Assembly (NCBI GenBank): GCA_951406725.2
Contig: OX597830.1
Location: 75,578,001 to 75,642,000 of the forward strand
Source: Octopus vulgaris
Lineage: Eukaryota
Direction of reading: 5' to 3'
DNA: 64,000 nt
This document shows, piece after piece, positions 1 to 13,031 of the stretch (the stretch's first letter is position 1; each line of letters opens with the position of its first letter). Both the position numbers and the translations under genes were made by a program. Under the pieces are notes generated by a model. The model did no database searches and was not told the origin of the DNA. It saw only the letters and a program-made list of their open reading frames with translations.

Positions 1-332
1 TCAGTCCCACTGCATGGCACCTTGGGCAAGTGTCTTCTACTATAGCCTCGGGCCGACCAAGGCCTTGTGACTTAATTTGATAGACAGAAACTGAAAGAAG
101 CCCGTCGTATATATGTATATGTGTGTCAGTGTTTGTCCCCCAAAAATCGCTTGACAACCGATGCTGGTGTGTTTACGTCCCCGTAACTTTGCGGTGCGGC
201 AAAAGAGACCGATAGAATAAGTACTAGGCTTACAAAGAATAAGTCCTAGGGGTTGATTTGCTCGACTAAAGGCGGTGCTCCAGCATGGCTGCAGTCAAAT
301 GACTGAAACAAGTAAAAGAGCAAACGAGTAAA
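1..332 (+). mobile_element. tRNA-derived SINE family A (octopus OR-type/CORE-like), 5' end cut by the window edge
   Basis: Contains 'tcagtcccactgcatggcaccttgggcaagtgtcttctactatagcctcgggccgaccaa', an internal TA/TG microsatellite, then 'cgcttgacaaccgatgctggtgtgtttacgtccccgtaac...gactgaaacaagtaaaagag'. More than 10 homologous copies occur in the window. Confidence 0.85.
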
Positions 333-914
333 GACTTAACCATTAATAGAAGCTTTACGTCATAAGATTATAATACTTATAACACTATTAACAGCAGAAG
401 TGTATTAACAGAGCAAGCAGTAAAAAAATAAAATCGTGGTTTTTCCTGACATGTACTCTGCAGTTCTTAAGGAAATTACCGGCAGCAACAAGATAAATAT
501 GAACGTAAACACCAATTACAGTGAGTGGTTATTGCAAGGAACACTACAATAATAACAGAATACATAAAGAGCATCGTATACAGACCGAAGAATTTCTCTG
601 GAGGTCGCAAATAAATGTTTTGCCGTCACTCGGAAGAGATCATGTTTTGATCGCATGTAGCAAGTATTTGTTATTTATTTTCGGCATCCGTGAAAGTCGT
701 GAGCAGGCATAGATATTGTATCGACCTTTCTACTCTTGACCCAGTGGGACATCTAAGTGTGGCAATTGGAAAGAGGGAAAGAGGGGGAGAGGGTGAAAGG
801 AAGAGATACAAACGCACAGACAGAAAGAGATGGGAAAAAAGATAAAGGGAAAAAGAGAGAATGGGTGCAGCACAGGATTTGAGCTGTTAATGCTTTTCAT
901 ATGAGAAATTTTGG

Positions 915-1020
915 CTGCATAAAATAAAGTGTCTTGCTCTAGGAGATAACGATCCGCACAGTCTAGGAATCGAACCATCTAACTTATAATCGAATAGTTA
1001 ACCATTAAGCCATGTGGCTT
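915..1020 (-). mobile_element. Degenerate head of SINE family C
   Basis: 'aaataaagtgtcttgctctagg...ggaatcgaacc' matches 1868-1922 and the reverse complement of 61795-61850. Confidence 0.55.
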
Positions 1021-1035
1021 TGCAGCTTGAATATC

Positions 1036-1104
1036 TATAATTAAGAATGCACTGGAGATTTAATTCTTTAAAAATGCATGGAAGGTTGCATATATACATA
1101 CATT

Positions 1105-1163
<59 letters not shown>

Positions 1164-1220
1164 GTATGTATATATGCAACCTTCCATGCATTTTTAAAGA
1201 ATTAAATCTCCAGTGCATGC

Positions 1221-1229
<9 letters not shown>
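1036..1229. repeat. Near-perfect 70-bp inverted repeat enclosing a (TA)n tract
   Basis: 1036-1105 is the reverse complement of 1160-1229 with one mismatch. Confidence 0.95.
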
Positions 1230-1271
<42 letters not shown>

Positions 1272-1342
1272 TATATAATGCATGTATATGTACGTGCATA
1301 CACATATACACACATAAATATATATGTAAGAGTGTATAATGC

Positions 1343-1398
<56 letters not shown>

Positions 1399-1575
1399 GT
1401 AAATAAATGGAGCTGAACGAAGATATTAAAATTCTTTTACTTTCGACATATGTATCAAAGACAACATTGGTTTTATTCCAAAGGAATATACGGTGTAAAA
1501 TGCAATTTTCTCACCAGAAAAAAAAGAGAGCCTATTCCTCCGTCTTTCTTTTCTCTTGGACTTTCCTCTGTCTCC

Positions 1576-1612
1576 TGTTTCTGAAGAAGAGCTTTGCTCG
1601 AAATGTAAAACA
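1576..1612 (+). ncRNA. Minimal type I hammerhead-like motif in a dispersed repeat (Penelope-like terminal repeat type)
   Basis: tgttt-CTGAAGA-a-gagc(ttt)gctc-GAAA-tgta-aaaca: helix I tgttt/aaaca, helix II gagc/gctc, essentially no helix III. A homologue lies at 59176-59210. Confidence 0.55.
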
Positions 1613-1685
1613 ACCTTTCTTTCCTTCCCTCTACATAGAAGAAGGGGGTGACCCATTCGGTCTCGAATGACCGTGGGATTACACA

Positions 1686-1963
1686 TAGAAAGTTTCTCAC
1701 CGAGGGATAACTCTGGGCAAGGCTGCGGAAGGCCAGCAGTTGCCCATGCATATCAGGTTCCTCTCTCCACAATTTGGATGTTGTCTAAAAGGGAGGCACA
1801 GGCCGATACATCTTGGCACCAGTGACGTCACAACTCATTTCTACAGCTGTGTGAACTGGAGCAACGTGAAATAAAGTGTCCCGCTTAAGAACGCAGCTCA
1901 CAGCCCAGTCCGGGAATCGAACTCACCACCTTATGACTCTGAGCCCGTCGCTCAAACGACTGA
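1686..1963 (-). mobile_element. tRNA-headed SINE family C variant
   Basis: The reverse strand has a B-box-like 'gttcgattccc' (from gggaatcgaac) and the 'acactttatttcacgttgctccag' body shared with 61737-61978. Confidence 0.75.
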
Positions 1964-3145
1964 TATATGTATATATATAGATGTATATATACGTACATAT
2001 ATATATATGTGTGTGTGTATGTATGTATATATATATATACATATATAGATAGATAGATAGATATAGATGTATTTGTATATGTATAAGCATATATATATAT
2101 GTATATATTTATATATGCGTCTATGCTCCTGATGGTCTACTTTTGTGTGTGTGTGTGCGCGCGCGCACGCATGTGCTAGCGTGCGCGCGTTTCGTGCGTG
2201 TTTTCATGTGTATGTATATAACAAGCATAGAATTCTTAACTGAGTAGAATATGCTTCGCTGGGGAGGTTTAATGAGATCGAAACACCTTCGTTGTTTCCA
2301 CAATTTGGCTTTCAAGATCAAAACTACACCATTCTGCATTGTTTATTTTATCAAATCTATCGATCTACTGATTGTATTAGCGTTATACATGGCGCTTGTT
2401 GTTTTTAGAGTTTTAAACACTTCTAGAGGGAGATTTTGTTTACGAATTGCTTGGATAACCTCAGTTGTTAGAAGTTTTTCAACTCAACTCGCTCTATTAC
2501 ATAGAGGAGCGGCTCTTCTCATAAAACAAGCTACGGTTGGAGTAATAACAATATCTATATGCACATTAACACCATGAGTTATGAACAGAACGGACAAACA
2601 AAAATAGTTACAGTTGTAATGATGTTTGCACCAATATATAACATGAACGAAAATACGAACTTTAACAAGAACATGGACATATAAACAACAGCTACAATAA
2701 TAACTGATTATTGCAGAGGTGATGATGGCAGGCAACTTTAAACAGCAACTTTAAATAACATTAACATTATTAACAACAATAACGTGGCCCCCAACAACAG
2801 GAGCAACAGTGATTTCAGCCGCAAGTATTATCATTAACACGAAAAGAATTAACGAATAGAACAGGAAAATTCCATCACCAAGAAACATCAACGCTAGCAT
2901 CGATATAGATGTATCAATACGCATCACCAACGCCATCGCCGTCGTAATCATCATCATGATCATCATCATGATCATCACCATCATCACCTTCAGCAGCAAC
3001 AGTGGTAACAGCAGCAGCAGCAGCATCGGCTATAAATGGCGGCTTCGCTTGTGATGGTGGCCATGTCAGATACTAACAGCGTCAATACATCAACAATTAC
3101 ATATTTCAATTTCTTTCCACTCTAAAGAATATTTTGATAACAACT

Positions 3146-3197
3146 GATAATAATATTAATAATAATAATGACAATAATGATATTAATAATAATAATG

Positions 3198-3288
<91 letters not shown>

Positions 3289-3340
3289 TAAAAACTGCAA
3301 CAATAACAATATGAAAAATAATGATAATAATAATAATTCA
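3146..3340. repeat. (TAA)n microsatellite
   Basis: Direct inspection. Confidence 0.95.
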
Positions 3341-3971
3341 TCAACAATATCCTGATAGTTTTTCGAAGCCAAGATCTTGTCCAGTTTAAGCGTTAGCTTT
3401 CGAATTGTTAATTATATAACTAATCTACGGCTAATGTGGACATGATGTCTCCTGTTGATTAGTTTACCGTACAGAGTTATTCAATTCCTTGGAACGCGAT
3501 CATTCTATGTTTGGTAAGCATGGTTGTTTAGCCAGTTCATATGTTCTTTCAAGTTTTGGGATATATATGAATTTTTATATATATATATATATATATATTT
3601 GTACATCTACATCTACATACATATATATATATATATGCGCATTGGCAAGCTAGATATCAACGAAACAATGTCACAAAAGGATGTAAAAGTTTATATAACT
3701 ATTATTATTGTTATATTATTATTTGATCAACGGTAACAATTACGTTGGCTTACATCTGTCAGTCCACCACTAAAGCGAAGATGAGGGCGGGAAGGAGAAG
3801 GAGTCGGGGAAAGTGTGGGTGAGTCGGAGAAGGAAGGTGTGTGGGGGACACGTAGTGGTGGTGGTGAAGGCAGTAGCGGCGGTGGTGGTTTTTAGTGGTG
3901 GGGGCGGAGATGGGCGGGAAGTGCACGCGGGTGAAAAATGCAGTTTTTAGTTTGGAACAAAAGACAAAGAA

Positions 3972-4262
3972 ATATGTATGTGCATGTATGTGCGTATGTA
4001 TATATATATATATATATACGTATATATATATGTATATATATATACGTATATATATGTACATATATAAACATATATATGTACATATATAAACATATATATG
4101 TACATACATGCATATATGTATACATATGTGTATATGTACACATACATGCATTTATGTATACATGTATAAATATGTGTATATATATGTATGCATGTATATA
4201 TATATATATATATATATATACATACGTACATGTATATGCATACATATATGTCTGTGCGTGTG

Positions 4263-4315
<53 letters not shown>

Positions 4316-4456
4316 TGTGTGAAAGAGAGAAAAGAGAGAAAGAGAGAGAGTGGGTGAAATAAGTTAGAGAAGGAAGTAAAGAAAAATGGAAAGAAAGAAA
4401 GAAAGAAAAAATAAGTAGAGTTAATGTTGAATAGATTTATAATACAATGTAATACA

Positions 4457-4547
<91 letters not shown>

Positions 4548-4570
4548 TGTATATATATGTATATGTATAT
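3972..4570. repeat. Compound (TA)n/(GA)n microsatellites
   Basis: Direct inspection. Confidence 0.9.
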
Positions 4571-5029
4571 GCCATACAGTTGATCTGTAATATTTCATTC
4601 ATAATTTTTCCGGTACTTTTTGACCAGAACTCATTGCAAACCACAAAGTTTGTTGTTGCCTTTCTGTCTTTTTCGCTGTGTATACCTATCTGTTTATCTA
4701 CTTCACTCACGAATTACCTCTCTCTCTCTATCGCTTTGTGTTGTCCTCTCTATCTACCACTCTTATCTATCTGTCTTTCTTTCCATCTATCCGTTTATTT
4801 ATCTGTCTCTTTCCCTCTCCTCACTACAACACGGCGGACAACAAAAGTTCGTCTTGAAAATTTTATTTGATATCCACAGTTTCATTTGATCGCTGGCAAC
4901 ATAGTTAGATAATATTAAATAATCAAGTTATTAAAGAAATGCAATGTAGTGCGTCTACAATTAGCACAAACCAAATTAATTAAATCAAATTAGATCGGCT
5001 CTGCTACACTTTAGCTTAGTGAGTTGTTG

Positions 5030-5128
5030 TACTCGTTAGCGGGCGCGTTGATGGCGCAGATTCGGGTTTGCGCGGAGCGGAGCGGGCGGGTGGGAGGACG
5101 GGCTGACGATGGTCGCCGCGCGGTGGTG
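5030..5128. promoter_or_regulatory. Short CpG-rich, GC-box-containing island (candidate promoter or regulatory element)
   Basis: 'gcgggcgcg...gcgcggagcggagcgggcgggtgggagg...cgccgcgcgg' is CpG-dense non-repeat sequence in an AT-rich background and includes a GGGCGG box. Confidence 0.35.
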
Positions 5129-5399
5129 TATGTGTGTATGTGAATGCGATGTGATGTGGGATAGTAGTTTGGTTGGATGGTTCGTCAATTCAACGCTTAA
5201 AAACTGTATGTTGCATAGAATTCAATAAACATCATTGTTTAGAGAAAACATCTAAAGAAAACACATTGAATTCTAACATGAACAATAAGCCGAAATGACA
5301 AGAGAAAATTAGTGTGGTGTGTATAACGGAATGAACGAGAAGTGTTGGCGTCGATGGTGACGCCACGGGTGGCAGTAGCGGCAGCAGCAGTGGTCGTAT

Positions 5400-5819
5400 G
5401 CATTATGTAGTTTATCATTATAGTTGAGGTTGTGTTGTTAGCGGTGATGGTGTGCAGGCGTTGTTCTTTTATTAGTGTTGTTATTGTTGTTGGAGGAGGG
5501 GGAGGAGGAGGAGAAGATAGTGGTGATTGTAGTAACGCTGTTGTTATTGTAGTTTTAGCTGTGGTGGTGGTGATGGTGGTGACGGTGGTGTGTTGGTGTT
5601 CTTCATGATGGGGGTGGGGGTGGAGGTGATGATGGCAATACAAGCAACTGCGTTATAAGTAGTGGTGGCGATGTTGTTGGTGATGATAGTGATGATGGTG
5701 ATGGTAGTGTGTTGTTGTTGTTGTTGCTGGTAGAGGTAGTGGATGCACTTGTAGAAGCAGTAGCGGCTGTAGTAATGTAGTTATTATTGTTGTAGTTTCG
5801 GTAGAGCTGTTAGTATTAG

Positions 5820-5899
<80 letters not shown>

Positions 5900-6300
5900 G
5901 TGGTGTTGATGGTAGTGCACTGGCTTCGTTTTTTCTTAGTGCTATTGTTGTTGTTGGTAGTGGTGATGAAGCACGGTTGTCATCGTTGTGGTTTAGGTAG
6001 TAGTGTTGGTATTAATAGTAGTGATGTTGTTGGTGTCGCACCTATTGTTGTTGCTAGTGATGGCAGTGGTATTGGTGGCAGTGGAGGTGGTGGTTGTTGA
6101 ATTTGTTGTAGCTTTTAGTGGTGGTGTTACCATTAGCAATTGTGTTGATGCTATTAGCAGTGATGTTGGTAGTCGTGTTGGCGGTGGTGGTAGCGGTAGT
6201 AGTAGTGACAGTGTAGAAACTAGTGTTGGGTGGTAGCAGTGGTAGTGGTGGTAACGGTGGTAATTATTATAGTAAATGTGGTAGTGGTGAAAGTGGTATA
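5400..6300. repeat. Degenerate (GGT)/(GAT)/(GTT)/(GTA) trinucleotide low-complexity block
   Basis: Direct inspection; pure (GAT)n at 5821-5898. Confidence 0.9.
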
Positions 6301-6389
6301 GTGATTATCTTTATAGTTAAGGTCGACAAGTAACAAGTAGTTGTTGTTCTCGTTGCTATTGTTGTCGTTAATATTTAGTCCAAGGATAA

Positions 6390-7135
6390 GGCGGCGAGCT
6401 GGCAGAAACGTTAGCACGTCGGGCGAAATGCTAACCAGTATTTCGCCTGTCTTTACGTTCTGAGTTCAAATTCCGCCGAGGTTGACTTTACCTTTCATTC
6501 TTTCGTGGTGGATTAAATATGTACCAGTTACGAACTGGGGTCGATATAATCGACTTAATCCATTTGTCTGTCCTTGTTTGTCTCCTCTCTATTTAGCCCC
6601 TTGTGGGTGGTAAAGAAATAGGTATTTCGTCTTACGTTCTGAGTTCAAATTCCGCCGAGGTTGACTTTACCTTTCATTCTTTCGTGGTGGATTAAATATG
6701 TACCAGTTACGAACTGGGGTCGATATAATCAACTTAATCCGTTTGTTTGTCCTTGCTTGTCCCCTCTGTGTTTAGCCCCTTGTGGGCAGTAAAGAAATAG
6801 GTATTTCGCCTGCCACTACGTTCTGAGTTCAAATTCCACCGAGGTTGACTTTGCCTTTCATCCTTTCAGGGTCGATTAAATAAGTACCAGTTACGCACTG
6901 GGGTCGATATAATCAACTTAATCCATTTGTCTGTCCTTGTTTGTCCCCTCTGTCTGGGCAGTAAAGAAATAAGTATTTCGCCTGTCTTTACGTTCTGAGT
7001 GCAAATTCCGCCGAGGTTGACTTTGCCTTTCATTTTTTGGTGGTCGATAAATTAAGTACCATTTGCGTACTGGGATCGATCTAATCGTTTAGCTCTTTCC
7101 CCAAAAATCTCGTACATTGTGCCTAGAGTAGAAAA
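6390..7135 (+). mobile_element. SINE family B with one head and four tandem body units
   Basis: Head 'ggcggcgagctggcagaaacgttagcac'. The unit 'tacgttctgagttcaaattccgccgaggttgacttt...gtaccagttacg...aaagaaatagg' recurs about every 170-185 bp. Flanking direct repeat taatatttagtcc at 6369-6381 and 7136-7148. Confidence 0.85.
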
Positions 7136-7140
7136 TAATA

Positions 7141-7406
7141 TTTAGTCCCAGGTCTGACCTATGATCGAAGCAATTCCAGTCGTGACCATCATGTTTTTTT
7201 CCTTTAAAAGTAGCCATTCTACTAGCGATCATTATGGCTTTAGTAAACGTGCCCGTTGTCCCTGTAAATGCTATGATTTAGCCCCAGGTCAGATCTGTCT
7301 GACATATAAATCAAGACATTCCAACAAAGACCATCCCACACATGCCAATTTCTATTGCAGTAGGGTATGATATGAAGGGAATTTGGTTGCCATTTCTAAC
7401 CAGCTA

Positions 7407-7464
<58 letters not shown>

Positions 7465-7920
7465 CGTATTGATGTTATCTCCGATTGTGATGACGTATTA
7501 ATACCGTTTTTGTTTATACGTCAGGTTTGATCAAATAAACCTATGTCCAAAGTGTTCCAGCCACGACCAACACATCTTATTTTCAGGCAATATACACAGA
7601 ACAACTCTTTCCACTCCTTACCCACATTTTTAAGATGCGTTTTCCTGGGAATCTGACGGCTACTTCTAGTGACCATGCCGAGGTCCCTTCATTGGTTATT
7701 ATCCTTGTTGTTTAACTTTCAGATCATCTCTGATCATTCAGCCCTCTGATCAAAGACATTCCAGCTGTAACAAGCCCGTTCGCTTTTTTTTTACGTCCCG
7801 GAAATCCATGATCATGTTATTCAAGTGAATCCAGTTTTAAGACACATATATGTCTTAAAACTGGTCACGTCTGGGTAATGCAGTACATGATTTGTGTGAG
7901 ACTTGGCTGCAATTTCTAGC
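7141..7920 (+). repeat. Degenerate tandem array of an unclassified repeat (units about 140-250 bp)
   Basis: Recurring 'tttag(c/t)cccaggtc...attccag...gaccatc' near 7141, 7277, 7520 and 7710, and 'tttggctgc(t/a)atttctagc'-like motifs near 7381, 7655 and 7901. Confidence 0.55.
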
Positions 7921-7964
7921 CGAATGGTACATTTTGTGGACATTACAAAGAATCAATACACTGT

Positions 7965-8440
7965 AGTGGCTTAGCAGCATTTCTTTCAGCTCTTTACATT
8001 CTGAGTTCTAATCTCGCTGTGGTCAATTTTGTATTTCCTCCTTTCCGTTTGATAAAATAAAATACCAGTCAAGTATGGATCGATGTAATCCACTGAATCT
8101 TTTCCATCTTTTACTAGCCTCGTGCCAAAATTTGAAGCAACTATTCTACTGCTTCGAACGAAATGTCTAGCAGGGTCTCTTCTGATACGAGGCTCTCAGA
8201 TTAATTCCCGCCGGAGAACAAGTTTACTTTCCTAGGGAGGGGGTCGATAAAATATAAGTGCTTGTCAAGTACTTATCTCGCGGCTAACGATTTACCCGTC
8301 CTCAAAAAATTGGCTCGCCTTGTGACTAAATTAGAAACTGAATGAGAATTGTTAGAGCGTCGGGAAAAAGTACCTTGAGGTATTTGTTCCATCACTCTTT
8401 CTTCTGAGCTCAAATCAAGTCAGGGTTAACATTAAATCGA
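7965..8440 (+). mobile_element. Cluster of old degenerate SINE family B fragments
   Basis: 'tttacattctgagttc', 'gataaaataaaataccagtcaag', 'gggtcgataaaa' and 'gccaaaatttgaa' motifs. Confidence 0.55.
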
Positions 8441-8449
8441 CCCCATGAC

Positions 8450-8580
8450 ATATTCTTTGTAAGCCTAGTACTTATTCTATCAGTCTCTTTTGCCGAACCG
8501 CTAAATTATGGGGACGTAAACACACCATCATCGGTTGTGAAGCGATGTTGGGGGACAAATACAGACACACAAACACACAC
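8450..8580 (-). mobile_element. SINE family A, 3' half
   Basis: Reverse complement of 133-245. Confidence 0.8.
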
Positions 8581-8582
8581 AT

Positions 8583-8631
<49 letters not shown>

Positions 8632-8659
8632 CATATATACGACAATAATACATAGGTTG

Positions 8660-9899
8660 AACAGCATGAACGATGTGCGACATTGTTGTTGCAAAGAAGG
8701 TGAAATTAACAGTAAAGCAAAATTCGCTCGAAAATTTGGCTGATAGGTGGGAACAAAAGCTTTTACATGGCAAATATGTGGCCTGTAGCAAACAAGCTGA
8801 TGTAGATTATTGATATTATTTACATTTCACGGATATTTGTTCTCATCTTGTTTGTTGTTAACACAACGTTTCCGCTGATATACCCTCCAGCCTTCATATC
8901 AGCGGAAACGTTGTGTTAACAAGAAACAAGATGTGGACAAATATCCGTCAAATGTAAATAATATAAATAATTCCGCATCTCTTCAATATAGAACTGTAAA
9001 CTGATGTAGACCAGAAGCACAAATATCAGTGGCTACGGAGCTCAGGTCTACAGGCAGAGAGTGAAGGCTTTACCTTGGCTGCCCAAGAACAGAGATTATT
9101 GATCCGGAACTATAAAGCTAGTGTGATGAAAAATGGTGTAGACCCAAAGTGCCGATACTGCAACGAGGAAATCGAAACAGTCTACCACCTAATCTCTGGA
9201 TGTAAGGTTTTAGCACCTACAGAATACAAATCAAGACACGACAGAGTTGGCCAATATCTACATGTTCGGCATCATTTAATCAAAACTGCTGACAAATGGT
9301 ACAAGCACCACCCCGAAGTTGTAACTGAAGGAGAAAATGTAACAATTCTTTCTGACATCCCAGGATGTTCAGATCGAGCCATCAAGGAAAATAAACCAGA
9401 TATTGTTGTGAAAGACAAAAATAATCTCTGTTTCTTGATTGACATGAGCAAATACTGTGACCATAATATCTCGGCAAAAAAATTTGATAAGCTCAGAAAA
9501 TATAAAGATCTGCCAATCGAAAACGAAAAGATTAGGCATCACAAGACGGTTACAATACCAATGATTGTAGGAGCACTTGGAATGTTAAAAACATGAGCTG
9601 AAATTATTTAAGAATGATCCTTGGCTTACCATCCATGCATGAAGTGCAAAAGATTGTCTTAACTCGTGCGTTTCTTTCCTCCTCACTCCCTTATTTTATT
9701 TGTTTACTTTTCAATCCTTTATTTTTCCTTTTTCTCTCTGTCTTCCCCCGTTTCTCTATTTCATGACTCTTTAAATAAACAATCTGATATGCTTCTTTTA
9801 GTGACCAACCAATGTCTAGAGGTACGTTTCGCCTCCCTAGTTGTCAGGAAGACACTCGGCAAGAAATGGACATAGAATTGAAAGGAGATGCTAATGAAA

Positions 9900-9900
<1 letters not shown>
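8660..9900 (+). mobile_element. Decayed R4/Dong-clade non-LTR retrotransposon, 3' part (CCHC knuckle, restriction-like endonuclease, 3' UTR)
   Basis: RWEQKLLHGKY...WLRSSGLQAESEG..LAAQEQ..CRYCNEEIETVYHLISGC..RHDRVG..KPDIVVKD..LIDM..KLRKYKDL..IVGALG. Interrupted by an insertion at 8807-9000 and ends at (TAA)n. Confidence 0.88.
8807..9000. mobile_element. Fold-back insertion (69-bp arms) with a 10-bp flanking duplication; Penelope-like terminal repeat derivative
   Basis: 8813-8881 and 8896-8964 are inverted with a 14-nt loop. 'ctgatgtaga' is duplicated at 8797-8806 and 9001-9010. The minus strand reads atga-aggctg..cagcg-gaaac-gtt, a partial hammerhead. Confidence 0.75.
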
Positions 9901-10991
<1,091 letters not shown>

Positions 10992-11194
10992 AAAGAAGAA
11001 GAAGAAGCAGGAGAAGAGGAAGAAAAAGAAGAAGAAATTAATCCAGCAGATTTAGGGAGAAGATTAGTTAATTACATCGACCCCAGTAGTTGACTAGTAC
11101 AATCAGTATGATAAGAGGCATCGTCCATGTAGAAACGGGGTGTGGGGAAATAGCAACAATGACGACGATGACAATAACAACAGCTACAATAATA

Positions 11195-11400
11195 CTGGTT
11201 TCTAATTGAGGCGTAAGCTTAGCAATATTTAGGTGGAATGCGACGGCAGTATTTCGCTGGTATTTTATTTTATCGAATCTGAAAGGTAGAAAAACGAAGT
11301 TAAACTTCGGCTCTATTGGAAGTGGGAACATTTTAAAAAGCCGCAAGAAATGCCGTTAGAACTATTTTCTTTCATGCGCTGACGATGCTGCCAGCGCGTA
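11195..11400 (-). mobile_element. Degenerate SINE family B
   Basis: 'ctggtattttattttatcga..gaaagg' and 'gctgacgatgctgccagc' match family B in reverse. Confidence 0.55.
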
Positions 11401-11504
11401 ATGACAATGACGATGACGACGACAAAGATAATAGAAATGACAACAATGATGATGATGTTGACGACGACGACGATGATTGATGATGGTGATGATGATGATG
11501 GCGG

Positions 11505-11542
<38 letters not shown>

Positions 11543-11546
11543 GTGG

Positions 11547-11593
<47 letters not shown>

Positions 11594-11751
11594 GTGATGT
11601 TGACGACGACGACGATGATTGATGATGATGATAATGATGATGATGATAATGATGATGATGATAATGATGATGATGATGATAATGATGATGATGATGATGA
11701 TGATAATGATGATGATGTTGACGACGACGACGATGATTGATGATGGAGATG

Positions 11752-11805
<54 letters not shown>

Positions 11806-12013
11806 GCGGTGATGATGATGGTGATGATGATGGCGGTGATGATGATGATAATGATAATGATGATGAAGACAACGACAACGACGATAATGAGGATAATGAT
11901 GATGATGATGGTGAAGATGATGAAGACGACGACGACGGCGATGATAGGAGAATGACGATGATGTTGATGGTGGTGGCAGTGGTGGTGATGGTGACGGTGG
12001 CGACGATGATGAT
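11400..12013. repeat. (GAT)n/(GAC)n compound microsatellite with a higher-order repeat
   Basis: 'gatgttgacgacgacgacgatgattgatgat' recurs three times (about 11454, 11596 and 11713). Confidence 0.9.
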
Positions 12014-12029
12014 GCCTAATAAATACGCT

Positions 12030-12620
12030 GAATGATATCTGCGAAGGTTATATTTACAACAGAAAAGTTAGAACTATCTTCCGTGTGTAGACGACTTCAA
12101 AATATTTAGAAGTGACACAAATAACCAGCTGTGAAACCTATTAAAAATTTGTTCATCAGTTCGGTCCGGTCAAGACATAAAATTGAGTATGGAATTAGAC
12201 AAATATGCCAAAACTACTAAGAGAGAAATTAATTAAAATTGAGAAGAATAAATTGGATACGGACGCAGAAATCAAAGAATTTGACCAGAATCACCCATAG
12301 AAAGAGTTAGAAGAATGAAACCGATGAGATATAACACACAGAGAAATGAAGAAGAAAATTAGATAAGCATACTACAGTAGAATTAAATATATTACTAAAG
12401 ACAGAACTCAATGCTAGAAATAAGATAATAGGTATAAATACTCTAGACGTCGACATCCTCGTGATAAAGTGTAACTTCAATGTATTAAACTGCAAGTTAA
12501 ATAAATTTATTGAAGAGCTTTGATAGAAAAACTAGAAGACTGCTTACGGATTTCGGAAGCCATCACGCTGAAGTTGATGTTTATTGAAAAATACTTAACT
12601 GTAACATAGACAAGTTGTGG
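12030..12620 (+). pseudogene. Highly decayed R4/Dong reverse-transcriptase fragment
   Basis: Remnants VDDFKIF (YxDD-like), MELDKYAK and LKTELNARNKIIGINTL with stops and frameshifts. Confidence 0.65.
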
Positions 12621-12705
12621 TCTACGGTCGTGAGCAGAGGTTTGCTGCAGAAAAATGAAAATTTTTATGTTAAATGCTCAAAGTCATGTTTAATTTGCAA
12701 TATAT

Positions 12706-12852
12706 CATTACTTGGCCAAAAGTTTGGAACATATGTCTGAAAATTAGAATTTTTTTATATTAAATGTTCTAAGTTATATTTGAACGGAGCGTATATTGGG
12801 TATAACAATTTTGATTTTTAAACAAATGTTCCAAACATTTGGCCATGTCTGT
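12706..12852. mobile_element. Short Tc1-like MITE
   Basis: Inverted repeat tggccaaaagtttggaacat (12713-12732) versus 12826-12845, 19/20 match; resembles Tc1-type TIR cores. Confidence 0.6.
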
Positions 12853-13031
12853 TGTACAATAGATAGTTATAACAAGGTTAGAAAAGTGGTAAAAGAAAAC
12901 TAAAGAAAAAAAAAACAACTTTGTAAAGATCATTAGTGTTATTTCAGAAAAAAATTGAAAACTTAAGAAAATTCTTTATAAAGTTAGACTAAAATACAGA
13001 TCTGAACCAAGTAAACAGAAGAAAACAGCAG

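Noticed and set aside
6440-7135. Regularly spaced repeats resembling a CRISPR array
   Set aside because: Whole ~180-bp units are homologous with no unique spacers; eukaryotic context and no cas genes.
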